Source: Octopus sinensis (taxonomy: Eukaryota). Taken from it: DNA of 64,000 nucleotides. Both the position numbers and the translations under genes were made by a program. Shown piece after piece: positions 1 through 12,322 of this stretch; the first letter of the stretch is position 1; each line of letters begins with the position of its first letter. The stretch covers positions 42,656,001 to 42,720,000 of the forward strand of contig NC_042999.1 in NCBI RefSeq assembly GCF_006345805.1. The letters are read 5' to 3'. The notes under the pieces are model-generated. The model ran no database searches, had not been told where the DNA came from, and saw nothing but the letters and a program-made list of their open reading frames with translations.

Positions 1-109
1 CAATAGACATAATACATGATTTTATGAGCTAGTAAGAGATTCTTGTGCTGAGAACATACCAAAACAATGCATACCTTGCATGCACATAAATTCTTTCGCA
101 AAAAATCTG

Positions 110-312
110 CATAGTCAAAACATTTTGATTCACCTGTCCACCAGTTTTGAAGATAATCAAACTAAATTTCCATCATTTTGAACTCCTCATCCAATGAGTA
201 TTTCTGCCAAATTTGGTGAAAATCTGCTCAGCCATTTTCCAGTAATTTTGCAAACACACAGACAATGACAAGTGACTAGAATGCCCTGCTTTCACTTAAG
301 TGAGCAGGATAA
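110..312 (+). mobile_element. Possible Helentron/Helitron non-autonomous 3' end
   Basis: CCAAATTTGGTGAAAATCTGCTCAGCC...ACACACAGACA followed by the terminal hairpin CCTGCTTTCAC-TTAA-GTGAGCAGG. Confidence 0.45.
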
Positions 313-599
313 TAATGAAATTGGATGGTGACAGAGAGTCATGGGAATCAGCAAAAAGAGTAAAAAAATGTCTTTTGTTCATGGAAGACTAGCAGTCACC
401 CATATATATATAACATTCTCCTTTACCATCCATGTTCCATGTTGGCATGGCCTAGATGATTTGATAGGAACCGTTGTGTCCAAGAACTGCATCAAGCTTC
501 AATGTTTGTTTGGCATGGGTTTTAGTGCCAGATGCCCTTCCTCATGTCAACCACTTTATAGTGTGGACCAGGTGCTTTTTTACGTCACCTACATTACTG

Positions 600-1347
600 T
601 ATGTTGAAGCACTGTTATTGGAAATGTTACATTCAAAGAATAATGCATACTCTCAGTGAAGACGATCTGGACTGAAAAGAGGAGTTTTGCAAGTGGTACT
701 TGATAAGATGGTTAGAGGATGCATACTTTCTAACAAAAATTATTTGGAATGATGAGGCTATATTTAAATTAAACAGCTCAATTAATGGCGACAAATGCAC
801 TTACTGGGAATCTGAGAATTCATATATTACATAGAAACATCATGTTAATTTACTGGAAGTTACAGTAAGGATTAATTGGACTTATTTTTGGATGGTACTG
901 TGACTGGTTCCATTTATTTGAACTTGATGTGATGATCTGTCATGTCAAACATTCAAAGGGACTTTGAAGATGTGGAGCCTCTACCATTATAATGTAAGAG
1001 TCTACCTTGATGAGACTTTGCCAAACAGGCGGATTGGATGAAAATGTCCACAGAATAGCTTTTGCATTCCCCAGATCACATATGCCTACAATCATTTATA
1101 TGGGAATAATTAAAAATTAAAGTGTATGGTACAAAAACCACTGACAGTTAATGAACATTTAATGAAGTGTTTCTTGATGTTTGCAGCTCCATTGCTTTGT
1201 GTTGTCAGCAGTGTCTCGACCAGAACTGTTATCAGTTTGAAAAGCAGTGTAAAAATGTAATTCTGTCTGTAGATTCTATTAAATTTTGGAAATGTAAGGT
1301 ATTCTAAGAAGCACTGACTTGATAATCCTTCAATATGTGTGTACATT
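600..1347 (+). mobile_element. Degenerate Tc1/mariner transposase 3' part with right TIR
   Basis: IWNDEAIFKLNSSIN, NVRVYLDETLPNRRIG. The right end reads TACAAGGTGTCTGCCCAAAA on the reverse strand. Confidence 0.75.
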
Positions 1348-1363
1348 TTGGGCAGACACCTTG

Positions 1364-1419
<56 letters not shown>

Positions 1420-2643
1420 ATATGATAGATAGCTGTGTGTGTGTGTGTGTGTGTGTACATATGCACATACATACACATATGTATGTGTATGAATATACTT
1501 ATGGGTACATAAACTTTGATATGAAAGATAACAAGAAGGCAAGAAAAATGATCACAAAAAAATCACATAAAAAATGGGCTAAAAGAACACCAAAAATACC
1601 AAACCAAAATCGAACCAAAAAAAAAAAAGGATAATACGTAAATAAAAAAAGAAAAGAACTTCTGAGCTGAGAACATACAGATTGCCAGTTAGATTTATCA
1701 GCAGTGAGCTTAGCAAAACATGATTGAACAACATGAATTCAAGACATGAATGATTTATCAACTGCCTGTACAAGAAGAATGCATTCCTCATAACAGTGTA
1801 CTGTAGTACAAATGCTAATAATGCATCATCTACACACTAAAATTCACAAACACATACATACATAACATGCATACAAGGGAATATACATACAGTAAAAAAA
1901 AGCAACAAACACACTATCACACACCACGCTGCACCAAAAAATGCATAAATATGAAAGATTGTGATTTGTAATAATTCTTTATTGTTCTTTATTTTTATTA
2001 GTTTTACTGTTGATGTGTTGTGTAGATTTTGGGTTGTTTTTTTTTATTCTTTATTCTTTATGATTTCTAGTGTGTATGGGGATTGAAGACAAAATAGTTA
2101 AAGAAATAAATGAAATATATATTTTTGCGGTGTGTGTTTTCCTTGTTTTTATTTATTTATATTTATTTTTTATTGTTGGTGGGGGTAGAAATAGGAATAT
2201 TTTGAACAGCATCAACATATGAAATAATAAAAAAAAAAAGACCAACTCAAATAAAATAATATGGAAATGGAAGAGATAAATAAATGGCTGTTTCAAGATG
2301 TAAATTCATACAAACGTGAATAGAATTGAACAATGGAAGCATGTCTTTTTTGTTGTTATTCTTGTTGTTGGGTTTTTGACAGGGGAGGAGGATTCCTTTG
2401 TTTTTGTTTCGTTAAATAAAAATGCGTAGATGTGTGTTTATATCTCTTTCTCCCTCTCTCTCCTTTCCTGTGGAGATATATATATATATACAGACACATA
2501 TATACATACTTAAAATCACATATACATGTACACACACATACATGCATTTATATGTACATATGCATATATATATATATATATATGAGTGAGTGGACAAATG
2601 TAAGAGAGAGGCACTCATCACATTTAGTAGGAGTTACAGATGC

Positions 2644-2827
2644 TATTATTTAAAACAGTTAGGTTCAGCTCCATGCAGCTTAAAGTTTCACAAACTTCTG
2701 ACAAAAATCCAGATCGTTCAAGCTCAGATTACTAATTCAATAATCTAATCCTGAACAAACCAGTTTCTGTAAGAAACCGGCAAAATTATAAATCACACAG
2801 AGCCAAATCAAACTGTTTTAAATAATA
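2644..2827 (+). mobile_element. 184-bp fold-back element with central hammerhead relic
   Basis: About 28-bp inverted arms TATTATTTAAAACAGTT... flank AACTT-CTGACAA-(long hairpin)-GAA-ACCGGC-A-AAATT. Confidence 0.55.
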
Positions 2828-2848
2828 ATGATATGTATATAAATAGAT

Positions 2849-3244
2849 ATAGATATTGCAATACCTGGGGATGTATGTATAAGTGACAAAGAACTAGAAA
2901 AGATGAAAAGAGAAAATTGCTAGAATGTGAACTACGAAGAGAGTGTCTGTCATCCTAGTAGATGTAAGGGCACTCGGAGCTCTAACAACCAAGTTCAAGA
3001 AATATGTCACAGAAATCAGAATTGACATGAGAGCAGAGCAAGCCCAAAAGACTGCTCTGCAGCGGACAGCTAGGATTTTGAGATTGGTATTTGGGTGTTA
3101 AATGTCTTCAATGATAAATTAACAACTAATTATCAAAGCTTATAATGTACAGAAAAAGACCCTGTGAGACCTCTGACAACAAGCTGTTGTCCACTCTCAC
3201 AAAATCAACCAGAGCAAACAAGAGCAAACACTCTGAGAAGTAAC
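2849..3244 (+). mobile_element. R4/Dong-type (REL) LINE 3' end with (TAA)n tail
   Basis: IDIAIPGDVCISDKELEK...VRALGALTTKFKKYV...QKTALQRTARILRLVFGC*, then a 3'UTR and ~210 bp of (TAA)n at 3246-3453. Confidence 0.85.
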
Positions 3245-3289
<45 letters not shown>

Positions 3290-3316
3290 GTAATAATAAT
3301 AACAATAATAATAATA

Positions 3317-3361
<45 letters not shown>

Positions 3362-3399
3362 TAATAATAACAATAATAATAGTGATAATAATAACAATG

Positions 3400-3454
<55 letters not shown>

Positions 3455-3455
<1 letters not shown>

Positions 3456-4710
3456 GTATCTATCTTCCGAAGAGACTCTTGTTCACCTTTGTTATTTGTT
3501 ATAGCCTTGATCTCACTTTCTGTAGTCCTACACTAAATCAACAAGCACTATGAGCTGAGAAAGAAGGGACCTCAGCTCAACCACCTTCTCTTCATGGATG
3601 ATTTAAAACTGTTCACAAAAACAGAGCCTGTAATGGAGACGCTGGTTGAGACTGTACAGATGTGCAGCAAAGATATAGGGATGGAATTCAGTATCATGAA
3701 GTGAGTAGTGCTCACTTTGAAATGGGGGGAAAAGAGCAGATTGTAAGGGCATAGAATTGTCAAAAGGAGAGAGAATGGAAGACCCATTCTGGAGCTGGAC
3801 AATATCTTGCACAGAGAAATGAAAGACAAGGTTATCACTGCATATTTGAAGTGCGTCAGACTTCTCTTGAAATCAAAACTCAACTCAAGGAACTTTGTGA
3901 CTGCCATCAACATATGGGCTGTTGCTGTAGTCCACTATAGTGCACCCATCTGGAAATGGACAAGAGCAGAGATTGACCACCTCAATCGCACAACATTAGG
4001 GTGCCCTCCACCCTAAAGTGGACGTACACAGGCTCTACATGAAGTGGTGTAAAGGTGGACAAGGGGTGATTAGGCATAGAGAAGTGCATCAACAGTGAAA
4101 ACATGGCAGAATTTTTGGTAAATAGCAAACAAGATCTGCTACATTTATGCTGCTATTACTGAAGGATTTACCAAAACTGGACTTGAGAATGCTAATCAAT
4201 TCTTATCACAAATAGTCAACGAGAGAGATGAAATTCTACTCCACATAGAATTACATGGTCAGTTCCACCATGAAACTAACAACTTAAAAGCTGAAGAAGC
4301 ATCAGGGAGGCAGCTCAGCAGGGGTAACCTAAAAAAGAAGAATGAAAACCTAATCCTTGCTGCCCAGGATCAGGCATTGTATACCAACTCAGTGAAAAAG
4401 AGATATACAATATTTATCACACAAGTACAACGAACCTCTGCAAATGTGTAGGAAGGGGGTCGAAAGCATGACTCACATTGTTAGTGTTTGTGAAAGAGTA
4501 CAAGTGCACATATAACAAGGTAGTACAGAACCTTCATTGGCTACTATGCTGGAAGTATGGATACAAGGTAACAGGTGCTTAATACCAACATACACCAGAA
4601 AAGGTAATGGCGGAAAAGGGAAAGCAAAAGTCCTCTGGGACTTTGACTTCCAGATAGACAAGGTGTTAGAGCACCAAAGACCGGACATAGTGACCTTTAG
4701 GATGGACAAA
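3455..4710 (+). mobile_element. R4/Dong-type LINE body (RT C-half to REL N-half), degenerate
   Basis: LNHLLFMDDLKLF, LLKSKLNSRNFVTAINIWAVAVVHY, LILAAQDQAL, KVLWDFDFQIDKVLEHQRPDIV. Confidence 0.88.
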
Positions 4711-4737
4711 CAAGCTTCTTACCACACAGCCACTCTG

Positions 4738-4838
<101 letters not shown>

Positions 4839-4902
4839 TACATATTTGTGTATATTCATTCACCCATGCACATACTCAAACACATGTACATATATAATTT
4901 AC

Positions 4903-5032
4903 CTCAGCAATCATTCTATTTGTATCCCCAACAAACAGAAAATTCAGTGCCTCTTCCTCATTGGTCGCTTGTTGGAGACTTAAATTCTTCAGGTGTATAT
5001 TCTGTTCTGGGTCCTCAAGCAATGTCACCTTA
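4903..5032 (-). CDS. KIF6: KIF6 exon, 130 nt: KVTLLEDPEQNIHLKNLSLQQATNEEEALNFLFVGDTNRMIAE
   Basis: Acceptor ttccag, donor GTAAAT. The first base completes Pro (CC|T) with the 8678 exon. GDTNRMIAE precedes switch I as in KIF6. Confidence 0.95.
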
Positions 5033-6682
5033 CTGGAATCACAAAAAAATAAATACATCAGCACATGTGCAAGCTGAATTTGAATATGAGTCTAAGAGAG
5101 ATATTTCAAAACAGTAGTTTCACAAACACATATGATGTCATATACAATCATCATCATAAATTTTATATACACTTTTCCATTATTGCATGGGTTGGACTGA
5201 TTTTTACACACAGTCTCTAACTACAAAATTCATTTACAATGCATTGGACAGCCCGGAGGTATAGAATGAATAGAAGACCTAGGTGCTGTGCAGTAGGACT
5301 GAATCCAGAACCTAGTGGCTGGAAAGCAAGATTCTAGTTATGTTGCTTGCTTTGTAACCACATGGTTTCACTTTTTTTTTTAACACTTAGTCAAAGGAAA
5401 AGTTGGTTGTCATGACCCCTTGCAGAGGTCCCTGACACTTGTGGAAGGAAACGAAAGAGAAAGATATCCTAAAACCAGAGACCTAGCTTGAAACCTTGCA
5501 ACAGAATCTTTGCAACCAGACTTGAAGCCTTGCAACAGAATGGATGGTCCCACTAAAGGCATCTAAGAGCTAGTCATTGCAAAGGAATGGATTGCTCTAG
5601 TTAAGGTACCCAAAAGGTAGTCAATGGTTTTAATCCAAACCATGGCTTAAATCTGTTACCCAATTAAGTCACAGTGGAAATTGAGCATTGAATAGGACTG
5701 CAAATCACCAGGACCAATACTGCAAGGTATCCCACCTAATGCTCTAATGATTCTGCCTATCCAATACCTCTGATTAGTACTTTATTTATTGACCCCTAAA
5801 GCATTTTGAAAGGTAAAGCTTTAATGTGTGTGTGTGGGGGTCTATTTGCTTCTACTAATGTGTGTGAGTGTGTGTGTCATTTCAAATAAAATTAAATAAA
5901 ATTTTATTACTACTACTATTACTACTACTACTACTATTATCACTGAGGTGAGCCAAAGCCTTGTGAGTAGATTTGGTAGAATGAAATTGAAAGAGCTTGC
6001 AGTATGTATATGTATATATCTCTGTGTGTCTTTGTGTCTGTGTTTGTCCTTCCATCACCACTTGACAACCAGTGTTGATGTGTTTACATCCCCGTAACTT
6101 AGCGGTTTGGCAAAATGGTAGTCATATTCAACTTTTCCCTTTTTCTTCTCTATGCTCGTGTTCTTTATATCTTCTTCCCTCTGATGAAGTCCCCATTTTT
6201 TCAGATCAGTTTTATTACCAAATATTATTAATATTTTTATATACTTTTGCATACCAATGGTAAAATCATACAACATTCGGAGGAGAAATAGCAGGTAGAT
6301 GGGATGCAGTCTATTTGCATTGAATTAATAAATAATTATTGATGTAAGTCAATTGTTGTTCATCAATACTTGTCCATTTTCTGTTTTGTGTGTATATATA
6401 TGTGGAGGCGCAATGGCCTAGTGGTTAGGGCAGCGGACTTGCGGTCGGAGGATCGCAGTTTCGATTCCCAGACCGGGCGTTGTGTGTGTTTATTGAGCAA
6501 AAAAAACACCTGAAAAGCTCCACAAGGCTCCGGCAGGAGGTGGTGATCCCTGCTGTACTCTTTCACCACTCTAAAGGCGGTGCTCCAGCATGGCCGCAGT
6601 CAAATGACTGAAACAAGTACAAAAAAAAAAAAAAAAAAATAATGTGTGTATACATTATATGTAGATGTGTGTGTATATCTTT

Positions 6683-7191
6683 ATATATAAAACTGTAGTT
6701 GTGTGAGTGTCTGTCCCCTTCGATTTAGATTCCTAACTACTCCCACATTTTGCGGTGCAGTTTAACCAAATTCGAGTATCTTATAGTCATGATTCATATC
6801 GAGCCTGTCTGGCTATTAGCGCGTGTCAACGATGAGTCTACGATTTTTAAAATAATTTAACATAATTTTTTATTCCATTTTAATGCATAATTTTTCGTGT
6901 GTCGATGGCGGCAGAGTTGGCGTCCATGGTCACACCTGCACCTGTTTGCTTCTCCCCCTTCTTCCCTCCCTCGTGAAGCTGTGGGGAAGGGAGTGTAAGG
7001 AAATCAACGTCGTAAAGCGTTGTCAAGGAGACCAGCGTTCTTTTAGAACAACGACTTCATGGCTTGAAGACACCAAAACAGAAATGGCTAAGAAAGCCCG
7101 AATTGGCATCTATAAGGGAAGTAACTCTCTAAAAATGCTTATATAGTTATTTCCCTTACAAACCCGAGCAACGCCGGGCGATACTGCTAGT
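6683..7191 (-). mobile_element. Helentron-type non-autonomous element, second copy
   Basis: The reverse complement shares both ends with 48222-48604; the central segment differs. Confidence 0.7.
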
Positions 7192-7239
7192 ATATATATA
7201 TTTATATATATAATTTGCATGTGTGTGTGTGTGTGTATA

Positions 7240-7281
<42 letters not shown>

Positions 7282-7307
7282 TGTAGATAAATATATATAT
7301 GTATGTA

Positions 7308-7930
7308 TGAGGTGGTCAAGCATGACCTTCAAACGCTGGGCCTCACAGAGGCAATGACAAAAGACTGAGACCTCTGGAGATATGCTGTGACTGTGAAGAA
7401 CTGACAAATAGCGTGAGTTCATGGTTGTTTCCTGCACCAGCTTCACATAGCAGCCCCAGCCCATCCAAAGTACCTTGGATCACAGGACGGCCTGCTGTGC
7501 TTACCTTGGATCATAGGGCGACCTGCTGTGCTTGAGGAGACCTATTGAGTCAAGTACATCAACATCAAAATATAAATCAAATGGAAACTGTAGTTGTGAT
7601 ACCTGTGCCGGTGGCACATAAAAAGCACCATCTGAACATGGCTGATGCCAGTGCCGCCTTGACTAGCTTCCATGCCGGTGGCATGTAAAAAAGCACTAAC
7701 CGATCATGGCTGTTGCCAGCCTCCTCTGGCACCTGTGCCGGTGGCACACAAAAAGCACCCACTACACTCACGGAGTGGTTGGCATCAGGAAGGGCATCCA
7801 GCTGTAGAAGCGCTGCCAGATCAGACTGGGCCTAGTGCAGCCTCCTGGCTTCCCAGGCCCTGGTCGAACCGTCCAATCCATGCTAGCATGGAAAACAGAC
7901 GTTATATGATGATGATGATGATGATGATGG
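7308..7930 (+). mobile_element. RTE 3' end (family D); further copies at ~10930, 17650, 23460, 45355, 48615, 52395, 57920, 61280 (+) and ~400, 41725, 42470, 46030, 51100, 59780 (-)
   Basis: EVVKHDLQTLGLTEAMT ORF end, GTGCCGGTGGCAC units, GGTTGGCGTTAGGAAGGGCATCCAGCTGTAGAAAC, CCATGCTAGCATGGAAAAC and an (ATG)n tail. Confidence 0.85.
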
Positions 7931-8264
7931 TAATGTATATACATGACATGCTTCTATTCAGTTTCCCCTCTACCAGGTTCACTCATAAGATATTGGTCAG
8001 CCCGGGGGTATATCACAGAAAACATTTGCCTCAGAGTGCTGTGCAGTAGGACTGAACCTGAAATAACGTGATTGCAAAGCAAGCCTCTTAACCACGTATG
8101 TACACACACGTACACACACACATACACGTGCAGACACACACACACACACACACACACACACAAGCTGAACAAGGTTCAAGGGTTGAAATCATATTGCAAA
8201 ACTATACATTGAAATTCAATAAACAGAGGAGAAGGAAGGGGAGGAGGCGATAGTGATGATTACA

Positions 8265-8296
<32 letters not shown>

Positions 8297-8677
8297 ACTG
8301 ACAGCCATGACAAAAACTAAAATGGTGAAGACATAGACAGTAACGTTTTAGTTATAATGCTGGATATTTCACATTCATTACTTAGATAAGAACATTGCAG
8401 TAGCCACAGCTGTAGCTTGATGATTTGTGTCTAGAAACGTTGCCAGATATTTAGCAGTGATGCAATTAGCAGTGTTGAGTACAAGTAGTTAGGTTTATTG
8501 ACGTAAAACATTTCCTTGGCACCAAACATATGGTTGGTTAGCTGGAAGGATGTGCAGATGGGTGGCAGGCTGGCTGGCTGGATGGATGGATGAATGAAAA
8601 GATAGGTAAGAAGGTGGCTGACTGGCTAGGTGTGTGAGTGAATAGGTGATAAGATGAAGAAACCAAAAACTACTTAC

Positions 8678-8787
8678 GGTAGATCTTCCATCTTGGCTGC
8701 TTCGTGTCTTGGATCAAGCAAGTCGTATCCATTTTCGTTGTAAATTTCCAGGTATGACACTTGGACAGTGTATGTGCAATCGGGGTT
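8678..8787 (-). CDS. KIF6: KIF6 exon, 110 nt: NPDCTYTVQVSYLEIYNENGYDLLDPRHEAAKMEDL(P)
   Basis: Acceptor tctag, donor GTAAGT. Contains kinesin SYLEIYNE and KIF6-like GYDLLDPRHEA. Starts in phase 0 and ends in phase 2. Not in the ORF track; translated by hand. Confidence 0.95.
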
Positions 8788-9134
8788 CTAGAATTTGGCA
8801 AATAAGAGAAATAGGAAACATTATTTATTGGTGCTTCTGTTGGTGTAGCTGATGTTTTGCTTATTGCTGGCAATCAACAAAAATAAATTATGGACAAGTA
8901 GAATTATGGCATGCAGTTTATCTATTCCACTAGTTGGACTTTTCAAGCATTTAACATCATCTTGCAAGTAAGTGTGTGTGTGCGTGCACACGTGCACAAG
9001 CACACTCTTTTGTAATTCCAAACAATAATTCTTGATTCTTGAGATTATCTTTCTCATCTCATCTGGGTTTGGATCCAGTTGCCATAGTTATAATGTACCC
9101 AATAGTTATAGATGACTCCAATAGACAAGCATAT

Positions 9135-9490
9135 ACGAAAATCTTCAAATGATGTTTCACGAATGTTTCCCACAGCTTTAGCCCAATAAATATCATGTAA
9201 GCCAACTAAGATGACAATCACAAACTGCAACTTAGGAACCTAGATATTTGCCCACTAGACCAAACATGCATGGTTAGAGCAGTAATCTACAATTCTGATA
9301 TCACCACCGTTCCACAAAATAAGAGAGCTGAAAGAAAAACTATATGGACCCTGCAAAAGTGATTTCAAAAAGAGATCTGCCAATCAGTTGTCTTCTTTCA
9401 AGTATGTAGACAAAAAGAAAAACACAAATCTAATAAGCCATAAATGGAACTGAAATGGCAGCAATATACCACACATCATCAAAAGGGATG
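9135..9490 (+). mobile_element. Penelope-like element, GIY-YIG endonuclease remnant
   Basis: Translates with a frameshift and stops to ICPLDQTCMVRAVIYNSDIT...LYGPCKSDFKKRSANQLSSFK...LISHKW, matching the PLE pattern CPL.G.C....VIY...YIG.....FK.RY.NH..SF. Confidence 0.7.
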
Positions 9491-9764
9491 TTACAGAGGG
9501 GTCTAGACCATATATTCATGGATAAAAAAAGTGCAGGCCCTGCATAACTAAAAGAATACAATTTTTTATTTCATTGAAGAATTTCACCAACCTTCAAAAC
9601 TTATGATCAAAAATTTTTACAAGATGTATACACCTCAACATGTTTTTGTTATCAAACTGGAAGATGCCCTTGCACCCACCCTTTAGCAGATTAGGCACAC
9701 AATTTGATGAACTTTAGTCTCTCCTCCATTAAACTACCACCACTAGGCATAGTTTTTTTTCCTA

Positions 9765-10265
9765 TGACAAGGGAACAAGAATTATGTAATCAACCTTATT
9801 AAGCTTACAGCTGTTTCTATTATTAATGCAGTGCACCCAGCACTGAGTGCTTGTACATTACCTTATGGCTGCTTTGTAGTTTATAAACGTTTCTGCAAAC
9901 TACTAAAACTGGTTATGCAATATTTGTTCCCTTATCATTTATTCAATTTTATATTATGTTCTGTATTCGCCTGACACCTTATTCAGAAGCATATGTGTGT
10001 TGAGTACAAGCACCAGGTTATTAGTATCACTATGCCTAAGCAAAATCATAATGCATATGCATGTGAGTATGTGTGCGCATGCGCATGTGTGTGTGTGTGT
10101 GTAAATGTATATATACATTGTGATTCCACTTAGGCATGGTGATAATAATAACCCACTGTTAAAAATCAACATACTTATACTTCTGAATAAGGTGTCAGGT
10201 GAACACAGAGTATAATATGAAATTGAATAAATAACAAGGGAACAAATAGTATGTAATCAAATTCA
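9765..10265. repeat. Zig-zag inverted repeat (three arms in alternating orientation)
   Basis: ACAAGGGAACAA motif at 9767(+), ~9922-9935(-) and ~10235(+). 9921-10248 is a palindrome with ~150-bp arms around a (TG)n spacer. Confidence 0.8.
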
Positions 10266-10275
10266 TTAGTTTACA

Positions 10276-10664
10276 GGCGCAGGAGTGGCTGTGTGGTAAG
10301 TAGCTTGCTTACCAACCACATGGTTCCGGGTTCAATCCCACTGCATGGCACCTTGGCCAAGTGTCTTCTACTATAGCCTCAGGCCGACCAAAGCCTTGTG
10401 AGTGGATTTGGTAGACGGAAACTGAAAGAAGCCCATCACATATATGTATATGTGTGTGTGTTTGTGTGTCTGTGTTTGTCCCCCCAGCATCACTTGACAA
10501 GTGATGCTGGTGTCTTTACGTCCCCATAACTTAGTGGTTCGGCAAAAGAGACCGATAGAATAAGTACTAGGCTTACAAAGAATACGTCCTGGGGTCAATT
10601 TGCTCGACTAAAGGCGGTGCTCCAGCATGGCCACAGTCAAATGACTGAAACACGTAAAAGAGTA
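10276..10664 (+). mobile_element. tRNA-derived SINE family A (CORE-like), full copy; others at 19062-19427(-), 19538-19978(+), 34893-35230(-), 46945-47429(+), 47464-47783(-), 51345-51790(+), 55217-55616(-), 56242-56629(-), 60607-61029(-)
   Basis: A box GTGGCTGTGTGGTAAG, B box GGTTCAATCCC, CORE-like CTTGG.CAAGTGTCTTC, an internal (TA)n(TG)n tract, and a shared tail GGCGGTGCTCCAGCATGGCC...TGAAACAAGTAAAAGAGT. Confidence 0.9.
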
Positions 10665-10820
10665 ACAAAAGAGTAAAACAAGTTTTAGAAGCTACAAAGA
10701 AACTATAAAGTGATATACAAGCACTTAGCCATGGGTGTGCTGCACTAATAGCAGAAACAACTGTAAGCCTAGTGAGGTTGATTACATAATTCCTGTTCCT
10801 TTGTCATTTATTTAATTCTA

Positions 10821-10862
<42 letters not shown>

Positions 10863-10878
10863 ATATATATATATATAC

Positions 10879-10912
<34 letters not shown>

Positions 10913-12279
10913 TAGATAGATAGAAATAAGCACCATCCGAACATGGTTGATGCCAGCGCCGCCTGACTGACGTCCGTGTCGGTGACACGTAAAAAGCACC
11001 ACCCGATTGTGGCCGTTTGCCAGCCTCCTCTGGCTCCCTGTGCCGGTGGCACGTAAAAAGCACCCGCTACACTCACGGAGTAGTTGGCGTTAGGAAGGGA
11101 ATCCAGCTGTAGAAACACTGCCAGATCAGACTGGAGCCTGGCGCAGCCGCCTGGCTTCCCAGACCCTGGTCGAACCGTCCAACCCATGCTAGCATGGAAA
11201 ACGGACGTTAAACGATGATGATGATGATGATGGTATATATATATATATATATATATATAATTACACATACATACATACATATATATATGGATGGATGGAC
11301 AAACGGACAGACGGGCAGACAGACAGACAGACAAATAGATAGATGGATAAACACATACATACAAACACATATACATACACAAAACTCTGATGTTGAATAA
11401 TGATGCATGTATGCAGATAGGTAGAAATGCATATCAATCGCAGAGGCTATAGCTCTTACCACACAGACACATACAAGCACTTTCCATTAAATAAAAACTA
11501 GTCAATTACATTGCAAACTACACACTAAATATATTTTATGTCAGGTGACTAGGCATAGCATGATGTATGGATTACATAGAAAAAGGTGGGCAATCATAAT
11601 ATTTAAAAGAATTTAATACTTAGTAATGTTTACATTTGCTCTAGCAGTCACCCATATTTGTCGACTGGGGGTAAATGATGAAGGTAAAAAAAAATGCTAT
11701 TATTGTTTTATATTCAATTTATGCTTCATTACAAATGCTAGTGGAGTGTACACAGGTAATTAGTTAATTTTATGAATTGTTAATTTTTTATTCCTAATGG
11801 GAATAGCAATTTAATGTAGTTCATCAATTAACCTTTGCAGACCCAAATTATATTTTTATGCAGAAAAAAATATTTTCAGGATTTAAAATAGTTGATGCAA
11901 TCAACTGATAATAACAGCGTAATGTATCACGTGCAAAAATATACAGGTTATGGTCAGAATTTTGAAAAATACCATTCCAAGTGTATGTTGTGTAGGTTTT
12001 TTTCATGAGACATCATACAGCAACTGAGATGTGATAAATGTGATGTAATAAAGTAAAAAGGAGAATTGGAATGGATGTTTATGTGTTTGTTTTGCAAGAT
12101 TCTTGATGTGAAAACGTGTGTTGAAACTGATATTATTATAGTTGGGGATGGTCATTTTGTCAATAAACACACACACTATTTATTTGATCTTCACATTAGC
12201 TTTATCATTATCATTTTAATTTTATTTACCTGTAAGACAAAATGGAATAGGTAGGACAAGAGGGGGCACATGGGACAGA

Positions 12280-12322
12280 GTCACTGAAGAGGTCACAGGA
12301 TGTGTGATGAAACAACTTTGAC
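12280..12322 (+). ncRNA. Minimal type I hammerhead motif, intact core, one stem III mismatch
   Basis: GTCA-CTGAAGA-G-GTCACA(ggatg)TGTGAT-GAA-ACAACT-T-TGAC. Confidence 0.55.

Noticed and set aside
6181-6200. Isolated CTGATGA and other CTGANGA hits (4291, 21083, 27664, 35404, 52215)
   Set aside because: No correctly placed GAAA or stems.
8412-8445. TAGC-TTGATGA...GAAACGT-T-GCCA minimal hammerhead
   Set aside because: C3 is changed and stem II is unpaired; it could be chance.
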